From Felis catus (taxonomy: Eukaryota): a stretch of DNA of 64,000 bases. The translations under genes and the position numbers were made by a program. The DNA lies in the NCBI RefSeq assembly GCF_018350175.1, contig NC_058368.1:160334001-160398000 (forward strand), written 5' to 3'. This document shows, piece by piece, positions 1-14,039 of the stretch. The notes beneath the pieces were generated by a model, which ran no database searches, was not told the DNA's origin, and was given only the letters and a program-made list of their open reading frames with translations. Every line of letters starts with the position of its first letter. Positions within the stretch are counted from its first letter, which is position 1.

Positions 1-678
1 GAATAACAAAGCAATGCTTCCTTTTTAAAATTAATTTGTTAAAGACAGAAGCATAGCTCCAATTATAAACAACTTAGAAAGAATGATTGTGAAAACTCAC
101 TATGTTAAAACAAAAAGGCCTAATAAAATAGGAATAGGGGATTAAAACAGAGAAAAAGAGAAATTAATGAAGCAGAAAACAGAACACTAGAGTCTATGAA
201 TAAACAGAAAAACAATTTTAGAGAAAAAGAAAACTTAAACAGATAAATCACTGTCTTTCAAATTTCAGTATTATGCCAAATAGTTTTTTAATACCTGTAG
301 ACTTTCCATTTAATTTCAAACTAATTAAAATATAAGGCATACCTGTTCGATATTAACAGGTTCAATATCAAAAATTAGATAAAAATTACAATTGGAGAGG
401 ACACAAGCATATAGGCCACCTTTGTCAGACAGTGTCTTTGAAACCCTTAAAGATGAACTCAATTTTCAGGAGCAAGTAACTATTAAAATTGAAAAATAAT
501 ATAAATTAAATAATAAAAAAATGAGAAATGCAAGATTAGTGTATTTAGTATTTGCTATTTTAAGACTCTGATAGTGGGGGTATTTGTTTGTAGAACCAGT
601 TTAGAAATAAATATCAAAACCCATACATAAGTATACAGATACTTAAAACAGGAATTGCACTTTAAGAATTTATTCTCA

Positions 679-898
679 GGGGCGCCTGGGTGGCTCAGGC
701 GGTTAAGCATTAAGCGTCTGCCTTCAGCTCAGGTCAGGATCTCACAGTTGGTGAGTTTGAGCCCTGCATTGGGCTCTGTGCTGACAGCTCAGAGCCTGGA
801 GCCTGCTTCAGATTCTGTGTCTCCCTGTCTCTCTGCCCCTTCCCTGCTCGTGTTCTGTCTCTCTCTGTCTCAAAAGTAAATAAACCTTAAAAAAAAAA
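679..898 (+). mobile_element. CAN-SINE (SINEC)
   Basis: ggggcgcctgggtggctcag head, (CT)n, A tail; TSD aagaa(t/c)ttattctcag. Confidence 0.95.
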
Positions 899-1671
899 GA
901 ACTTATTCTCAGAAAACAAGTGAATTTGTCAAGAAGACTGCAAGTGATAGTTTCATGTAGCTACTTTGTTGCTTTTGTGACTCCCCCCCCATCATAAGAA
1001 CCATTTATACAGTGATAGAGGAGTAAAGAATTCACCATACATCCCAAATTGAATTCTAAGCAATCATTGAAATGTGGGTCTGAATACATAGACATGAAAA
1101 ATGTTTATGTGATATATTCATGTGCCTGCAAAGCTAGCCAGCCTCTCTCTGTCTTTCTCTCCCTCTTCTTCCCCACAGCCCCACACATGCTCTTGCTCAC
1201 TCTCTCTCTCTTCTTCTATGTCTTCTATTCTCTTGCATGCTTGATGCTTCTCTAAATAGCTCACAATATCCTTGTTCCTGCTGTAAGCTTGGCCTCTCAT
1301 GGCTTTGCCATGCCTCTCCTGGCTTCACCTCTGTCCTGCCTTTTCTGACACAAGTGTTCTTGCCACAAAGCCACATTGCTATTGGTGCTTTGTGTCCACT
1401 CAGTTTTGGAGGTTTAAGGAATAAAATTTTTAAATTTATTCTTGTTTAATTTATATCCAAGTTAGTTAGCATATGGTACAACAAGGATTTCAGGAGTAGA
1501 TTCCTTAATGCCCCTTACCCATTTAGCCCATACCCCCCCCCCCACAACCTCTCCATCTCTGTTTTTCCTCCATATGTGAGAATCTCTTATGTTTTGTCCC
1601 CCTTCATGTTTTTTTTTTTACTATTTTTGCTTCGCTTCCCTTATGTTCATCTGTTTTGTATCTTAAAGTCC

Positions 1672-2648
1672 TCATATGAGTGAAGTTATATGATTTTTGT
1701 CTTTCTCTGACTGACTAATTTCACTTAGCATAATACCCTCCAGCTCCATCCATGTAGTTGCAAATGGCAAGATTTCATTCTTTTTGATTGCCAAATAATA
1801 CTCCATTGTATAGATATACCACCACTCCTTTATCCATTCATCCATCAGTGAACATATGGGCTCTTTCCATACTTTGGCTATTGTTGATAGTGTTGCTATA
1901 AACATTTGGGTGCATGTGCCCCTTCGAAACAGCATACCTATATCCCTTGGATAAATACTTAGTAGTGCAATTGCTGGGTCATAGGGTAGTTTTATTTTTA
2001 GTTTTTTGAGGACCCTCCATACTGTTTTCCGGAGTGGCTGCACCAGTTTGCATTCCCACCAACAATGCAAAAGAGATCTTTCTCCGCATCCTTGCCAACA
2101 TCTGTTGCTGCCTTAGTTGTTAATGTTAGCCATTGTCACAGGTGTAAGGTGGTATCTCATAGTGGTTTTGATTTGTATTTCATTGATGATGAGTGAAGTT
2201 GAGCATTTTTCATGTGTCAGTTGCCATCTGGGTGTCTTCTTCAGAGAAATGTCTATTCATGTCTTTCGCCCATTTCTTCACTGGATTATTGGTTTTTTGG
2301 GTGTTGAGTTCTTTAGATTTTGAATACTAACCCTTTATCTGATATGTCATTTGCAAATATCATCTCCCATTGTCAGTTGCCTTTTAGTTTTGCTTCTTGT
2401 TTCCTTCACTGTGCAGAAGCTTCCTATTTTGATGAGGTCCCAATAGTTCATTTTTACTTTTGTTTCCCTTGCCTCCAGAGATGTGTTGAGTAAGAAGTTG
2501 CTGTGGCCAAGGTCAAAGAGGTTTTTGCCTGCTTTCTCCTCGAGGATTTGGATGGCTTCCTGTCTTACATTTAGGTCTTTCATCCATATTGAGTTTGTTT
2601 GCATGTTTATTTATTATTTACAAAAATTTTTTACACTTATTTATTTTT

Positions 2649-2703
<55 letters not shown>

Positions 2704-5700
2704 CAAGTGGGGGAGGGACAGAGAGAGAGTGAGACACAGAAATTGAAGCAGGCTCCAGGCTCTGAGATGTCAGCACAGAACCTGACATGGGACTCGAACT
2801 CACAAACTGTGAGATCATGACCTGAGCCGAGGTCAGATGCTTAACAGAATGGCCATCCAGATGCCCCCATTTTGAGTTTGTTTTTGTGTATGGTATAAGA
2901 AAGTGGTCCAGGTTCATTTTCTGCATGTCACTGTCCAGTTTTCCCAGCACCATTTGCTGAAGAGACTGTCTTTATTCCATTGGATATTCTTTCCTGCTTT
3001 GTCAAAGATTAGTTTGGCCATATGTTTGTGGGTCCATTTCTGGGTTCTCTATGTTGTTCCATTGATTTGAGTGTCTGTTTTTATGCCAGTACCATACTGT
3101 CTTGATGATTACAGCTTTGTAATACAGCTTGAAGTCCAGGATTGTGATGCCTCTAGCTTTGGTTTTCTTTTTCAAGATGGCTTCGATTGTTCTGGGTCTT
3201 TTCTGGTTCCATACAAATTTTAGGATTGCTTGTTCTAGCTCTGAGAAAAATGCTGGTGTTGTTTTGTTAAGTATTGCATTGAATATGTAGATTGCTGTGG
3301 GTAGTATTGACATGTTAACAATTTGTTCTTCCAATCCAGGAGCATAAAATCTTTTTGCATTTTTTTGTGTCTTCTTAGTTTCTTTCATAAGCTTTCTATA
3401 GTTATCAGTGTATAGATCTTTCACCTCTTTGGTTAGATTTATTCCTAGGTATTTTATGGTTTTGGTACAATTGTAAATGGGATCGATTCCTTGATTTCTC
3501 TTTCTGTTGCTTCATTATTCGTGTATAGGAATGTGCATTGATTTTATATGCTGCAACTTCTGATTTCTGTGCATTGATTTTATATCCTGCCCCTTTGCTG
3601 AATTCATGGAACAGTTCTAGCATTTTTTGGCGGGGGGGGGGGGCTTTCCCATGATAGAGTATCATGTCATCTGTGAAGAGTGAAAGTTTGACTTCCTCCT
3701 GGCTGATTTGGATGCCTTGATTTCTCTGTGTTGTCTGATTGGTGAGGCTAAGACTTCCAATACTATGTTGAATAACAGTGGTGAGAGTGGACATCCCTGT
3801 TTTGTTCCTCCTCTCAGTTTTTTCCCATTGAGCGTAATATTAGCAGTGGGTCTTTCATATATGACTTATGACCTTGAGGTATGATACTTCTATCTCCACT
3901 TTCCTGAGGGCTTTTACCAAGAATGGATGCTATAGTTGTCAAATGCTTTCTCTGCATCTCTTGAGGGGATCATGTGGTTCTTGTCATTTCTTTCATTGAT
4001 GTGATCAATCACATTGATTGTTTTGCAGATATTGAACCAGCCCTGCATCCCAGGTATAAAAACCACTTGGTCGTGGTGAATAATTTTTTTAATGTATTGT
4101 TGGAGTCGGTTGGCTAATATCTTGTTGAGGGTTTTTGCATCCATGTTCATCAGGGACATTGGTGTATAGTTCTCCTTTTTAGTGGGGTCTTTTTCTGTTT
4201 GGAAACAAGGTAATGTTGGCCTTATAGAAAGAGTTTGGAAGTTTTCCTTCCATTTGTATATTTTGGAATAGCTTCAAGAGAATATGTATTAACTCTTCTT
4301 TAAATGTTTGGTAGGATTCTCCTGGAAAACCATCCAGCCCTGGACTCTTTTTTTGGGGGGAGATTTTTTATTACTCTTTCAATTTCTTTACTGGTTATGG
4401 GTCTGTTCAAATTTTCTATATCTTCCTGTTTCAGTTTTAGTAGTTTATATGTTTCTAGGAAATTTGTCCATTTCTTGCAGATTGCCCATTTTATTGGCGT
4501 ATAATTGCTCCTAATATTCTCTTATTATTGTTTGCATTTCTCCCATGTTGGTTGTGATCTCTCCTCTTTCATCCTTGATTTTACTTATTTGGGTGCTTTC
4601 CTTTTTCGTTTTGATCAAACTAGCTAGGGCTTTACCAATTTTGTTAATTGTTTCAAAGAACAAGCTTGTGATTTCATTGATCTGTTCTAATGTTTTTTTG
4701 GTTTTGATAGCATTGATTTCTGCTCTAATCTTTATTACTTCCTGTCTTCTGCTAGTTTTGGGTTTTATTTGCTGTTCTTTTCCAGCTCTTTGAGGTGTAA
4801 GGTTATATTGTGTATGAGACCTTTCTTTCTTCTTTTGGAAGGCCTGGATTGCTATATACTTCCCTCTTTTGACTATCTTGGCTGTGTCCTAGAGGTTTTG
4901 AGCTGTGGTGTTATGATTTTCATTGGCTTCCATGTACTTTTTAATTTGATCTTTAACTTATTGGTTAGCCCATTCATTATTTAGTAGGGTGTTCTTTAGT
5001 CTCCAAATATTTGTTACCTTTCCAAATTTTTTCTTATAGTTGATTTTGAGTTTCATCTTGTTGTGGTCTGAAAATATACACAGTACGATCTCGATCTTTT
5101 TGTAATTGTTGAGGGCTGATTTGTGTCCCAGTATGTGATCTATTCTGGAAACTGTTTCATGTGCACTTCAGAAGTATGTGTATTCTGCTGCTTTAGGATG
5201 AAATGTTCTGAATATATCTGTTAAGTCCATCTGGCCCAGTGTGTCATTCATAGCCATTGTTTCCTTGGTGATTTTCTGTTTAGATGATCTGTCTGTTGCT
5301 GTAAGTGGGGTGTTGAAGTCCTCTATTATTATGGTATTATCAATGAGTTTGTTTATGTTTGTGATAAATTGCTTTATATATTTGGGTGCTCTCACATTTG
5401 AAGCATAAATGTTCACAATTCTCAGGTCTTCTTGGTGGATATACCCCTCAATTGTGATACAATGCCCTTCTTCATCTCTTCCCATCTTTATTTTAAAATC
5501 TAGGTTGTCTGATAGAAGTATGGCTACTCTGGCTTTCTTTTGGTGACCATTAGCATGATAGATGGTTCTCCATCCCTTTATTTTCAACCTGAAGATGTCT
5601 TTAGGCCTAAAATGGGTCTCTTGTAAACAGAATATAGATGGATCTTGTTTTCTTATCCATTCTGTTACCCCATGTCTTTTTATTGGAATGTTTAGACCAT

Positions 5701-5746
5701 TGACATTTGGAGTGAGTACTGAAATATATGAATTTATTGCCATCAT
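1672..5746 (-). pseudogene. L1 ORF2p (endonuclease/RT), fragmented and interrupted by a SINE
   Basis: NVNGLN...CLQETH endonuclease, [17 protein letters not shown] and [11 protein letters not shown] motifs, [12 protein letters not shown]-terminal motif. Confidence 0.95.
2602..2867 (-). mobile_element. CAN-SINE inserted in L1 ORF2
   Basis: TSD cat(a/t)ttgagtttgttt. Confidence 0.95.
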
Positions 5747-5779
5747 GTCACCTGTAGAGTTGGAGTTTCTAGTAGTGTT

Positions 5780-6711
5780 CTCTGGTCCTTTCTATTTTTG
5801 TTCCTTTTTTTTTTCTTTTCTGTCTTTTCTCCCCTCAGAAAGTACCCCTTAAAATTTCTTCCCTAGATGGTTTAGTGGTCATGAACTCCTTTAATTTTGT
5901 TTGGGAAACTCTTTATCTTTCCTTCTATTTTGAGTGGAATCCTTGCTGGATAAAGAACTCTTGGCTGCATATTTTTCCAGTTCAGTACATTGAACCTGCC
6001 ACCCCTTTCTGACCTGCCAAGTTTCTGTGGATAGGTCTGCTGCAAACCTGATCTGTCTTCCCTTATAGGTTAAGAACTTTTTTTTTTTTTCCCTTGCTGC
6101 TTTCATGATTCTTTCCTTGCCTGAGTATTTTGTGAATTTGACTATGATATGCCTTGTTGAAGGTCGGTTTTTGTTGAATCTAATGGGAATCCTCTGTACT
6201 TCCTAGATTTCGATATCTGTGTCTTTCCCCAGGTTAGGAAAGTTTTCCTCTAGGATTTGCTCACATAAATTTTCACCCCTTTTTCTCTTTCTTCATCTTC
6301 TGGGACCCCTATGATTCTGATGTTATTCCTTTTTAATAAGTCATTGAGTTCTCTAATTTTTATTTTGTGCTCCTTTGCCTTAGTTTCGCTCTTTGTTTCT
6401 GCTTCATTATTTTCCATAAGTTTGTCCTCTATATCACTGATTTGCTGTTCTTCCTCACCCATCTTTGCCTCTGTGGCATCCACTGGAGATTGCAGCTCAG
6501 TTATAACAATTTTTATTTCATCCTTAGTAGATTTTTCTTCTTTTATCTCCTCAGAAAGAGATTCTAATCTATTTTCGACCCCAGCTAATATTCTTATTAT
6601 TGTGATTCTAAATTCTGGTTCTGACATCTCGCTTGTATCTGTGTTGATTAAGTCCCTGGCTGTCATTTCTTCCTGTTCTTTCTTTTGGGGTGAATTCCTT
6701 AGTTTTGTCAT
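5780..6711 (-). pseudogene. L1 ORF1p, frameshifted
   Basis: Coiled coil followed by RNNIRIIGVPE; downstream TYKGRQIRFAADLSTET fragment in a separate ORF. Confidence 0.92.
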
Positions 6712-8659
6712 TTTGAAGGAAGAAAAGGAATTAATAAGGTAAAAAAAAGAAAGTTAAAAAATTAAACACAACACAAAGAAATCAAATAAAGGATGTTTTA
6801 TCCTATGTGTGTTTTGTCTGGTTGTTGAAAGAACCTTGATATATTAGATAAAAAAGAGAAAGATAAGAAAATTAAAAAAAGAAAATAAAAAAGAAAAAAG
6901 AGAAAAAAGGAAAACATTTGAAAATTTAGAAAAATGAATACAGTAAAATAGAACAAAATGAAATGATGAAAGTAAAATATTTAAAAAATGTACAAAAATT
7001 AAAAAATATAGTAGAAAAATTAACAAAAAATCTTTTTAATGGAAATAGAAAATAAAAATAGATTTTTTTCTCTTTCTGTATTCAAGAATAAAAAAAGAAA
7101 GAGAAAGGAAAAATAATTTAATAAAAGGAACAGCGAACAGAATGAAGTACGACTGAAATTCCATCTGGTTTCTCATAGAAGTCAAGCTATGAAACACTTT
7201 TTTTATAGTCCATAAACTAAACAGGTGCAGAGACTTGTGTTTGTCAAGAGTGCTGTTGTCCCTGTTGGGCAGGGTTTAGTTTAAAGGCTCTGTTTTCCAT
7301 TAGAGGGTGCTGCTTAGCCTACTGGGGTGGATTGCGGTGGCATGTGTAGCCGTGTATGCGCATGCCCAGCAGGGGTGAAAATGGCATCAACCAGTTGCCC
7401 AGTCTCTAGTATTAGAACTCTGTGCTCTCGCAACTGGCAATCAAGCACCCCTCCTTTGTCCACTCCTTTGTCCTTTGTCTCCAGCTTCCGTCCACTCCCT
7501 GCTTCTACACTGTCTGTGACCAAGCTGTCAGGCTGCCAGGTGACACCTCCCTCTTGAGTTTTATCTCAAATGGGGCTGTGTCTGCCAACCCCTCACTTCT
7601 GAGGGACTGCAGCTTTGACCTGCTCAGACCTTCTGAGGGAGGGTTTCTCTGAGCCACGGCCAGGTGCCAGACGCACCCAGGACTGTTCATGAGGCAACCC
7701 TGCTGCCGATGCCCAGAGACTGCGGCTGGATGCCAGCTCGCCACAGAAAAAGTTGACGCAATCTTGTAGCAGCAGCGTTTCAGGGTTTATGGAAAAACAG
7801 CAAATATCTGGCACCAGGCTTCCCCCTTATGTCCTTGTTCCAACAACAGCAAATGTGGTTGTTCTCCAGGGTCTGCTGGAATCTGCCTGTGGGGTAGCTA
7901 CACAGCCTCTACCAAGTATCCTCCCCATAGGGGAACTGCCTCTCCCCTTGTGGCCCTCGGACTTCACTGTCTGCTCCTGAGGATTCGCCCTTCCCACCAG
8001 AGCACCATCAGGTATTGAGCTGCGTAGTTTCAGACTCTTCCCTTCCCCTGTTTATAAAGTCTTAATGCAAGTTAAACCCTCTCCTTTCTCTTTTCTCCCT
8101 TTTTAGTTCAGTCCCTGCAGCTGTTTCCACTTTTCCACTTTCTCTCCAGTTGCTTTTTGGTAGGGGGGCGTACTTTTCCCGTACTCTCTCCACAAGCAAA
8201 AACCGCTCCCTGCCCTCTGCTGCTTCTTTATACCCCGGTTCACCTTTCTGTGCAGCATACCTGCTGAGTTCTGTGGTTCAGGTTGTGCAGATTTTTGTGT
8301 TAATCCTCAAGTCCGTTTTCTAGGTGTGCAGGATGGTTTAGTGTTGATCTAGCTGCATTTCAGCGATGAGAAGTAAAAAAAAAACAAAACAAAACAAAAC
8401 AAAAAAAACCTTCCATGCTGTTCCGCCATCTTGGTCCCTCCCAAGGGAAAACAAAATTAACTAGTTTTACTGTAGATGTTTTCTGTGTTTTGTTACTGTG
8501 TTTTGGCTTTTCCCTTCTAGTTGCTTTGCCTATTTTTTGTGGTGGTTTGGGAGGATTTGAAGACTTCTTCATCTATTTCTGCAGCTCTCTAACAGCTGGA
8601 AATTGCAGACCACAAAATCTAAAGGGACACTCACATTAACATATTTCTCTTACTAGAGA

Positions 8660-10100
8660 AATCTCAGTCTCAGATGCAACATTTCCTGTGTTCTTTTGCC
8701 TCAAATGTGTCTTGGTCCTTACTCAGCATACTTTGAGATGATGATTTTGATTTATCCTCAACAAGCGTCATTAGATGTAAAATTTCTCATTTTCTTCCCC
8801 CAACAAACAACCTACATTTCCATCCATTCTTTTTACTTCTTCCTATTAGAGTGGGGGATGTGTCCTCTCTTTCTATCAAAGTTCAATTTCTCCAGCGTTT
8901 TATGAAGGATCAATCTTTTTTTTTGCTTGTATCCCCTTGCTACTGAATCATCGACTGTTCCCACTTTAGGTCATGTTGTATCTCTCATTATATATACATC
9001 AAAAAAAAATCTTGCTTTCACATACCCCAAGCCCCCCACTGCATGTGACTCTGCTTTCTTTGCAACCATTTCACAAAATCATGGCTTATATTCTGTGCTC
9101 ACCTTCTAAAGTCTTATTCATGTATTTGCTCATTACAATTTGGGTTCTGCTCTTAACTATCCACAGTTTCACTCCTGTGAAGGTCATCAATGTTCTCTCT
9201 TGGCAGCTGTGTTTTACCTCTCATGAGGATATTTACTATCTTCATTGTGTTTAAATTTTCAACAACATTTGACACAACTGGCATTCTTCCTTGAAGTACT
9301 CTAATTTTGTCCAAATGATATTTCAATCTTCTGTTTTCCTTTTCATCACTAGCAACTCCTTCTAAGTATATTTTTAAAAATCTTTGTGCTCTGTTTGATC
9401 TCCAAGACTTAGAGCACCTTTTGGTTCTGATATTGCTTCATTTTCTTCCTTTTTCGGAGCTTGCTTTTTCAGTGATCTCATTTACTTACACGGATTTAGA
9501 TAACACCTATATGGTCATGAATTCAAAATTCCAAGTATGAGCCTGTAAATCTCTAAGCTTGGATTTGGATATCTCAACTTGGATATCCCAGAGACATCTT
9601 AAATTTAATATGTCAAAAACTGAACATATTTCCCATCTCAGTAAACAGTACCAGTATCTTCACACTCCTTCAAGCAGGATATTTACAGACCATCTTCAAG
9701 GCTATCTTTTCCTTGCCCATGATATCTAAGTCCTGTCAATTTTACCTCAGAGATAAATTGATCTCCTTCTCTGCACATCCACTTTTGCCAACTTAGCAGC
9801 CATGATCTCTCTCCGAGCCTGGTACAACAGCCTTCTAACTTGTCTCGCTCTTTATATACTTGTCCCTTTCTACTTTATTCTCTTCTTTGGCAAGTAGTGT
9901 AACATCCTTAATGTTAAATCAGATAGTGTTTCTCACTGATGAAAGTAAGGCAGTACTTTTATTTACTCATCTAATAGTATTCGACTATTATTCTGCATCA
10001 GACTAGATCTAACATGATTTGCCTTCTGGTTATCTTTTAATTCATCTTGTGCCACTCTTCCTCTTGCTCACTGGAATCCAGCCATACCTTCACAGTCCTG
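8660..10100. mobile_element. LINE-2 relic
   Basis: L2 hallmarks (aaggtcatcaatg, cttaaatttaatatgtcaaaaactgaac, taagtcctgtcaattttacctc). Confidence 0.7.
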
Positions 10101-10109
10101 CAACCATAC

Positions 10110-10262
10110 CTGGAATGCCTAGATTTGGCCATAACTCCAACAATCATTAGCTGTGTGACCTTGGGCATTACTTGTATGTGTCTTAGTTTCCTCATTTACA
10201 AAGTGAAAATAATGTAGATGGATATTGCTCAGAACAGTACCTGGTATACATGAATAGTCAGG
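10110..10262. mobile_element. MIR fragment
   Basis: tagctgtgtgaccttgggca...tttcctcattt core. Confidence 0.7.
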
Positions 10263-10329
10263 AAATAATTCTCTGCTTGTTGTGTTTATTATTATTATTT
10301 TCTCTTGCAGTCTTCATCAGCCTGCATTA

Positions 10330-10652
10330 AACCTAACTAAAACAGAACTAGGAGGAGATATATTAAGAGATTTATTGCAAGTAATTGACTTACATGATTG
10401 TGGGGCTGTCCCAATGAGTATGAAATCTGTGAAGCAAGTAGTCACAAAGGCAGGCGCTCTCATGCAGCTAAATCTGCAGTTCATAGGTATCATTTCTTCT
10501 TCCAGAAAACTTCTGCTCTTAAGAACTTTAAAATAATAGAATCAGGGTTGCCAGGATTATAAAGGATAATATCCTTTACTTAAATGAAAATGAATGCTGA
10601 CTATATTTGATTGAATACCTGGCCACATTGACACATCACACTGACCATTACA
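10330..10652. mobile_element. MLT2-like (ERVL) solo LTR
   Basis: gagatttattgcaag..ttgacttacatgattgtgggg and ttgacacatcacactgaccattaca end. Confidence 0.75.
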
Positions 10653-11109
10653 TGAGCTTTGAAATTGATAGTCCCTCTATCTGGGAATGCTACATATATA
10701 TATCAGTCTTTCCAAGATTAGTTGCTTCCCATTCTTGAATTTCAGTTTAAATGCTCTTTCTTGAAGATTACCAAACTAAAAAGAGTAGTGCCCCTATGTC
10801 TTATTCTGTACCTCAGCCTTTTGATGATTTTTAATAACACTTTCAATAATGCATTGTTAGTTTTTCTGTTTTAATATTGTTTGGCTGTGTCATCCACAAG
10901 AAAAAGCTATCAAGGCCAACCATATCATTCTTACTTATTTCAAGAGCACAATATGGAACCTAACACATGATGGTTACTAAAGGCAAATTTACTAGATGGG
11001 AATGTAAGAAGTAATATGAAGTGGAACAATTAAGATGCAAAGTAAGGTGTATATATGTACACACACACATGTATGTGTGTAGTATCTACACACAAAAAGA
11101 TAATGGTTC

Positions 11110-11322
11110 TTTAAAAAAAACGTTTATTTGTTTTTGAGAGAGAGCACAAGTGGGAGAGGGCCAGAAAGAGGAAGACAGAAGGATCTGAAGCAGGCTTCAT
11201 GCACTGGGCACGGAGCCCAATGTAGTGTTCTATCTCACCATCTCATGATCTCTATTTCAGATCACGACCCGAGACAAAATCAAGAATCAGCCACTTAACT
11301 GACTGAACCACCCAGGTGCCCC
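11110..11322 (-). mobile_element. CAN-SINE
   Basis: TSD agataatggtt. Confidence 0.9.
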
Positions 11323-13000
11323 AGATAATGGTTAGTTTTTATGAATGGTAAGAATGTCAGTAATTTTTATTTACTTTTATTTTGCTGATTTGCATTTTCC
11401 TATTTTTGTATATAGACATGGTTTTCTATGTTCTTATTTTTTAAATACAGAACTTGTAAAATACCTATACTAAAGAAAAAGAGCCAATGGACCATTAACT
11501 CCTATTTAGAAGAGATCATTTCTTTCTACTCATGCCTTAAGCATTAAATGACTCTGAAAGAGGGATTCCTTGTGAGCCTCTCTAGTTAAAAGTCTTTATG
11601 GGTCAAGAAACTCTGAGAAGAGAGATGACAAATGGAGGTTTAAGAAACTTGAAAGCTGTCAATATGTAACATTTGGTAAATACAGAGGAATGATGGAATG
11701 GTGGTCTAAGCACCACTGTTGGTGCTTATTTTTTCATAGTGAAACTTGCAATTGAGAAGGTGTCTATCAAGAGTCCATTTATAAAAATAATAGAGTGAAA
11801 ACTTGGTAAAGGAGTTTCATGTGTTTGAATGTCAGTCAGTCTTTAATTGCGTTCTACTTTATTTTGTAGAGAAGATAGAACTGAATGTGTTCAACTGAGA
11901 GAAACACACTTGAGTGCCAGTAGGCATAATAGTAAAGTAATTATAAGAAAAGGAAGGGGAGAAGGAGGGGGAAACAGAACAGGCACCTGTCTAGGATATA
12001 TGTGAATGCAAGGTCTTTCCTGTAGAGTGAGGGTCCTCAGTTCTTATGTCCTTCATTAGCATTCCAGCCCCAAATTCTATTTATTGGGCTTACAAAAGAC
12101 CCTTCTTAAAGCACACATATATTAATTACTTGGGCAGGATAAAAGAAAAAATGATGTCGTGCAAATGTGTTTGTTAAACAATGAGAAACTGAGCTAGGCT
12201 ATTCAGAGAAGAAAAGCCTTCATTGAAATACTGAAATTTTTTGTTTTAACGTCTACATGATTGTAAAAGTTGGGGCTACCAAGATAGTTTTGAATGGGTT
12301 GTCAGGGAATAGAAAAGAGCCTTGAAAGGAAGAGGAAGAGAAAGGTTAGGGAGCTCTAAATGGAGAAATGATGGTGCTATAGTCAAAATTGGATGGAATT
12401 GTTTTCTAAGCAGCTTTATTGAGATAAACTTCTCTTACCATTAAGTGAACCAAATGAGAGAATAGTTCTCAAGGGTTTTTAATATATTTGGAGAATTTTA
12501 CAGCATAACCTTAGCCTAATTAAGAAGAAAAAAGACGTTTCCATAACTAAATGCATTTAACTCTATATTTGTGAAGGTTTTAAGTAGTTGAGGTATGCTC
12601 CTTTAGGACTTCATAAAAATGAGGCTATGGTTCTATACTTTGTCCTGTGAGGTGTGTGAAATTAGGTGAAAAGCAATTCAGATGCTAGTTGGCTCTGTTA
12701 GTAAGTTCACATGATGACAGATGATGACAAACCATCACACATAATTCTCCAAGAAATATGACAGTGGAGCTGAATGTGAAGTATATAAAATAAATAACCC
12801 ACAAATAATCATATCAATGAGAGACCTACATGAAGTCTGATGATCTACAGCTTAGAGCCATGAGCCAAGGAAACATTTATTACCCCCTTGAATCTGTTCA
12901 TTTAATAAGGCCATCTAGAGTCATAGCACTTGACCTTAAAAGTGCTTAAGTAGCAAGCTCCATATTTTATTTGTTCCTTTATTTTTCTGTACAAATATAC

Positions 13001-13171
13001 CCCATATGTGTCTGCACTCTCCGTATTCCCAAGGGGAATGTTAAATCATTATAGGTCAATGGCAGCATTTGTACTTCAAACAAGTCCACAGATGGCAGAG
13101 TCTTAGTCTAATTCCCTTGCACTGCCAGTGCCGCAAGTAAAGACCAAACAAGGTTTTCCACTATATTCTTT
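13001..13171 (-). pseudogene. Candidate distal exon (KNIVENLVWSLLAALAVQGN*TKTLPSVDLFEVQMLPL...)
   Basis: aaatcag| acceptor (weak) and |gtatat donor; one stop; LFEVQM resembles the F-x-E-A-Q-M end of an RGS domain. Confidence 0.3.
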
Positions 13172-13499
13172 CTGATTTAATATTTGATGAGTCTCAGAGC
13201 ACTGTGCTAACAACTTCCTATGGTCTCTTTAAGGAAGCCAGTATTGTAGATTATACTTGTTTCTCATGTTACTATGCACACAGCTGGCAGCCACAAGAAG
13301 GCACAGCTTAGTGAATATTCCTTCCTTTATTTAATTCCTTCTGCAGGTGTCATTTCTGTGTTTTGGCCATCTGGTGTTCTGCAGAATAGAATAGAATCTC
13401 AGTTGTGAAGACTTATTCAGATATATAACCTGAATAAAAATCTTCTCAAAAGCATTAAAAATGGCCAACATAACAAAGACAATATTTTAGCTTTGCATA

Positions 13500-13677
13500 T
13501 TGGCAAAGATCTGGAGCAAAAGTAGTATTTTTGAGCATACTTTGGCTGCAAAAGATGCATGTGAAATAATGTTTATGGTGGCCTGTCTTCCTTATTGTGT
13601 CATCTCTATGAAAATTGTCCATTCCAAAGAAGCATCAGATCTGAGAGTCAAAGATAATGATATTCTTCTCTATTCCT
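13500..13677 (-). pseudogene. Candidate exon (L)GIEKNIIIFDSQI*CFFGMDNFHRDDTIRK...; 3' end uncertain
   Basis: Acceptor ccttcttcag| at 13678; phase 2 matches donor at 14638; TGA at 13637-13635. Confidence 0.5.
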
Positions 13678-13854
13678 CTGAAGAAGGATTTTGGGTGGGA
13701 ACAAGAGATAAAAATGCTTTTAAACCTTTTGATACAATAAGGTATAATAGGATATTGGTTGAAGTAAGTGAACAGTTTATTTTTTTTCCTTTTTTAAATT
13801 AAAACAAATTCAGTGTGAGATTGGTTTGTATGGAAGCATGGTAAAGGGCATAAC

Positions 13855-13958
13855 AAAGAACCCAGCCGGATGATCAAAATATGTGAGAAATAATTTGTTT
13901 GTTGTTTTAAGCCACTTAGATTTAACACTTTGTTATGCAGCAAAAACTGACACTAGAC
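13855..13958 (+). mobile_element. MLT1 LTR 3' fragment
   Basis: gttgttttaagccact...ttgttatgcagcaa. Confidence 0.6.
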
Positions 13959-14039
13959 AATTATTTCTTGATAATCTTCAATTTCCTCAGCTATAATGAT
14001 CTTACACCCTATTGTTATTTGATTTGTTATTAGATTTGT

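Larger units (their letters stand above)
1427..8442 (-). mobile_element. Full-length, inactivated carnivore/felid LINE-1
   Basis: 5' end with YY1-type CAAGATGGCG (8424-8433), 5'UTR, ORF1 and ORF2 fragments in the track, G-rich 3'UTR and A tail; imperfect TSD aaggaataaaa (1416) / aagggaaaacaaaa (8443). Confidence 0.97.

Noticed and set aside
6311..6742. 143-aa hydrophobic plus-strand ORF
   Set aside because: Antisense shadow of L1 ORF1.
7300..8440. GC-richer region as a gene promoter or CpG island
   Set aside because: It is the L1 5'UTR.
10282..10536. Strong plus-strand acceptor (ttttctcttgcag) followed by an ORF
   Set aside because: Runs directly into an MLT2-like LTR; no partner exons.
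13500..13802. 100-aa plus-strand ORF
   Set aside because: Non-ATG start, no splice support; antisense to a better-supported minus-strand exon.
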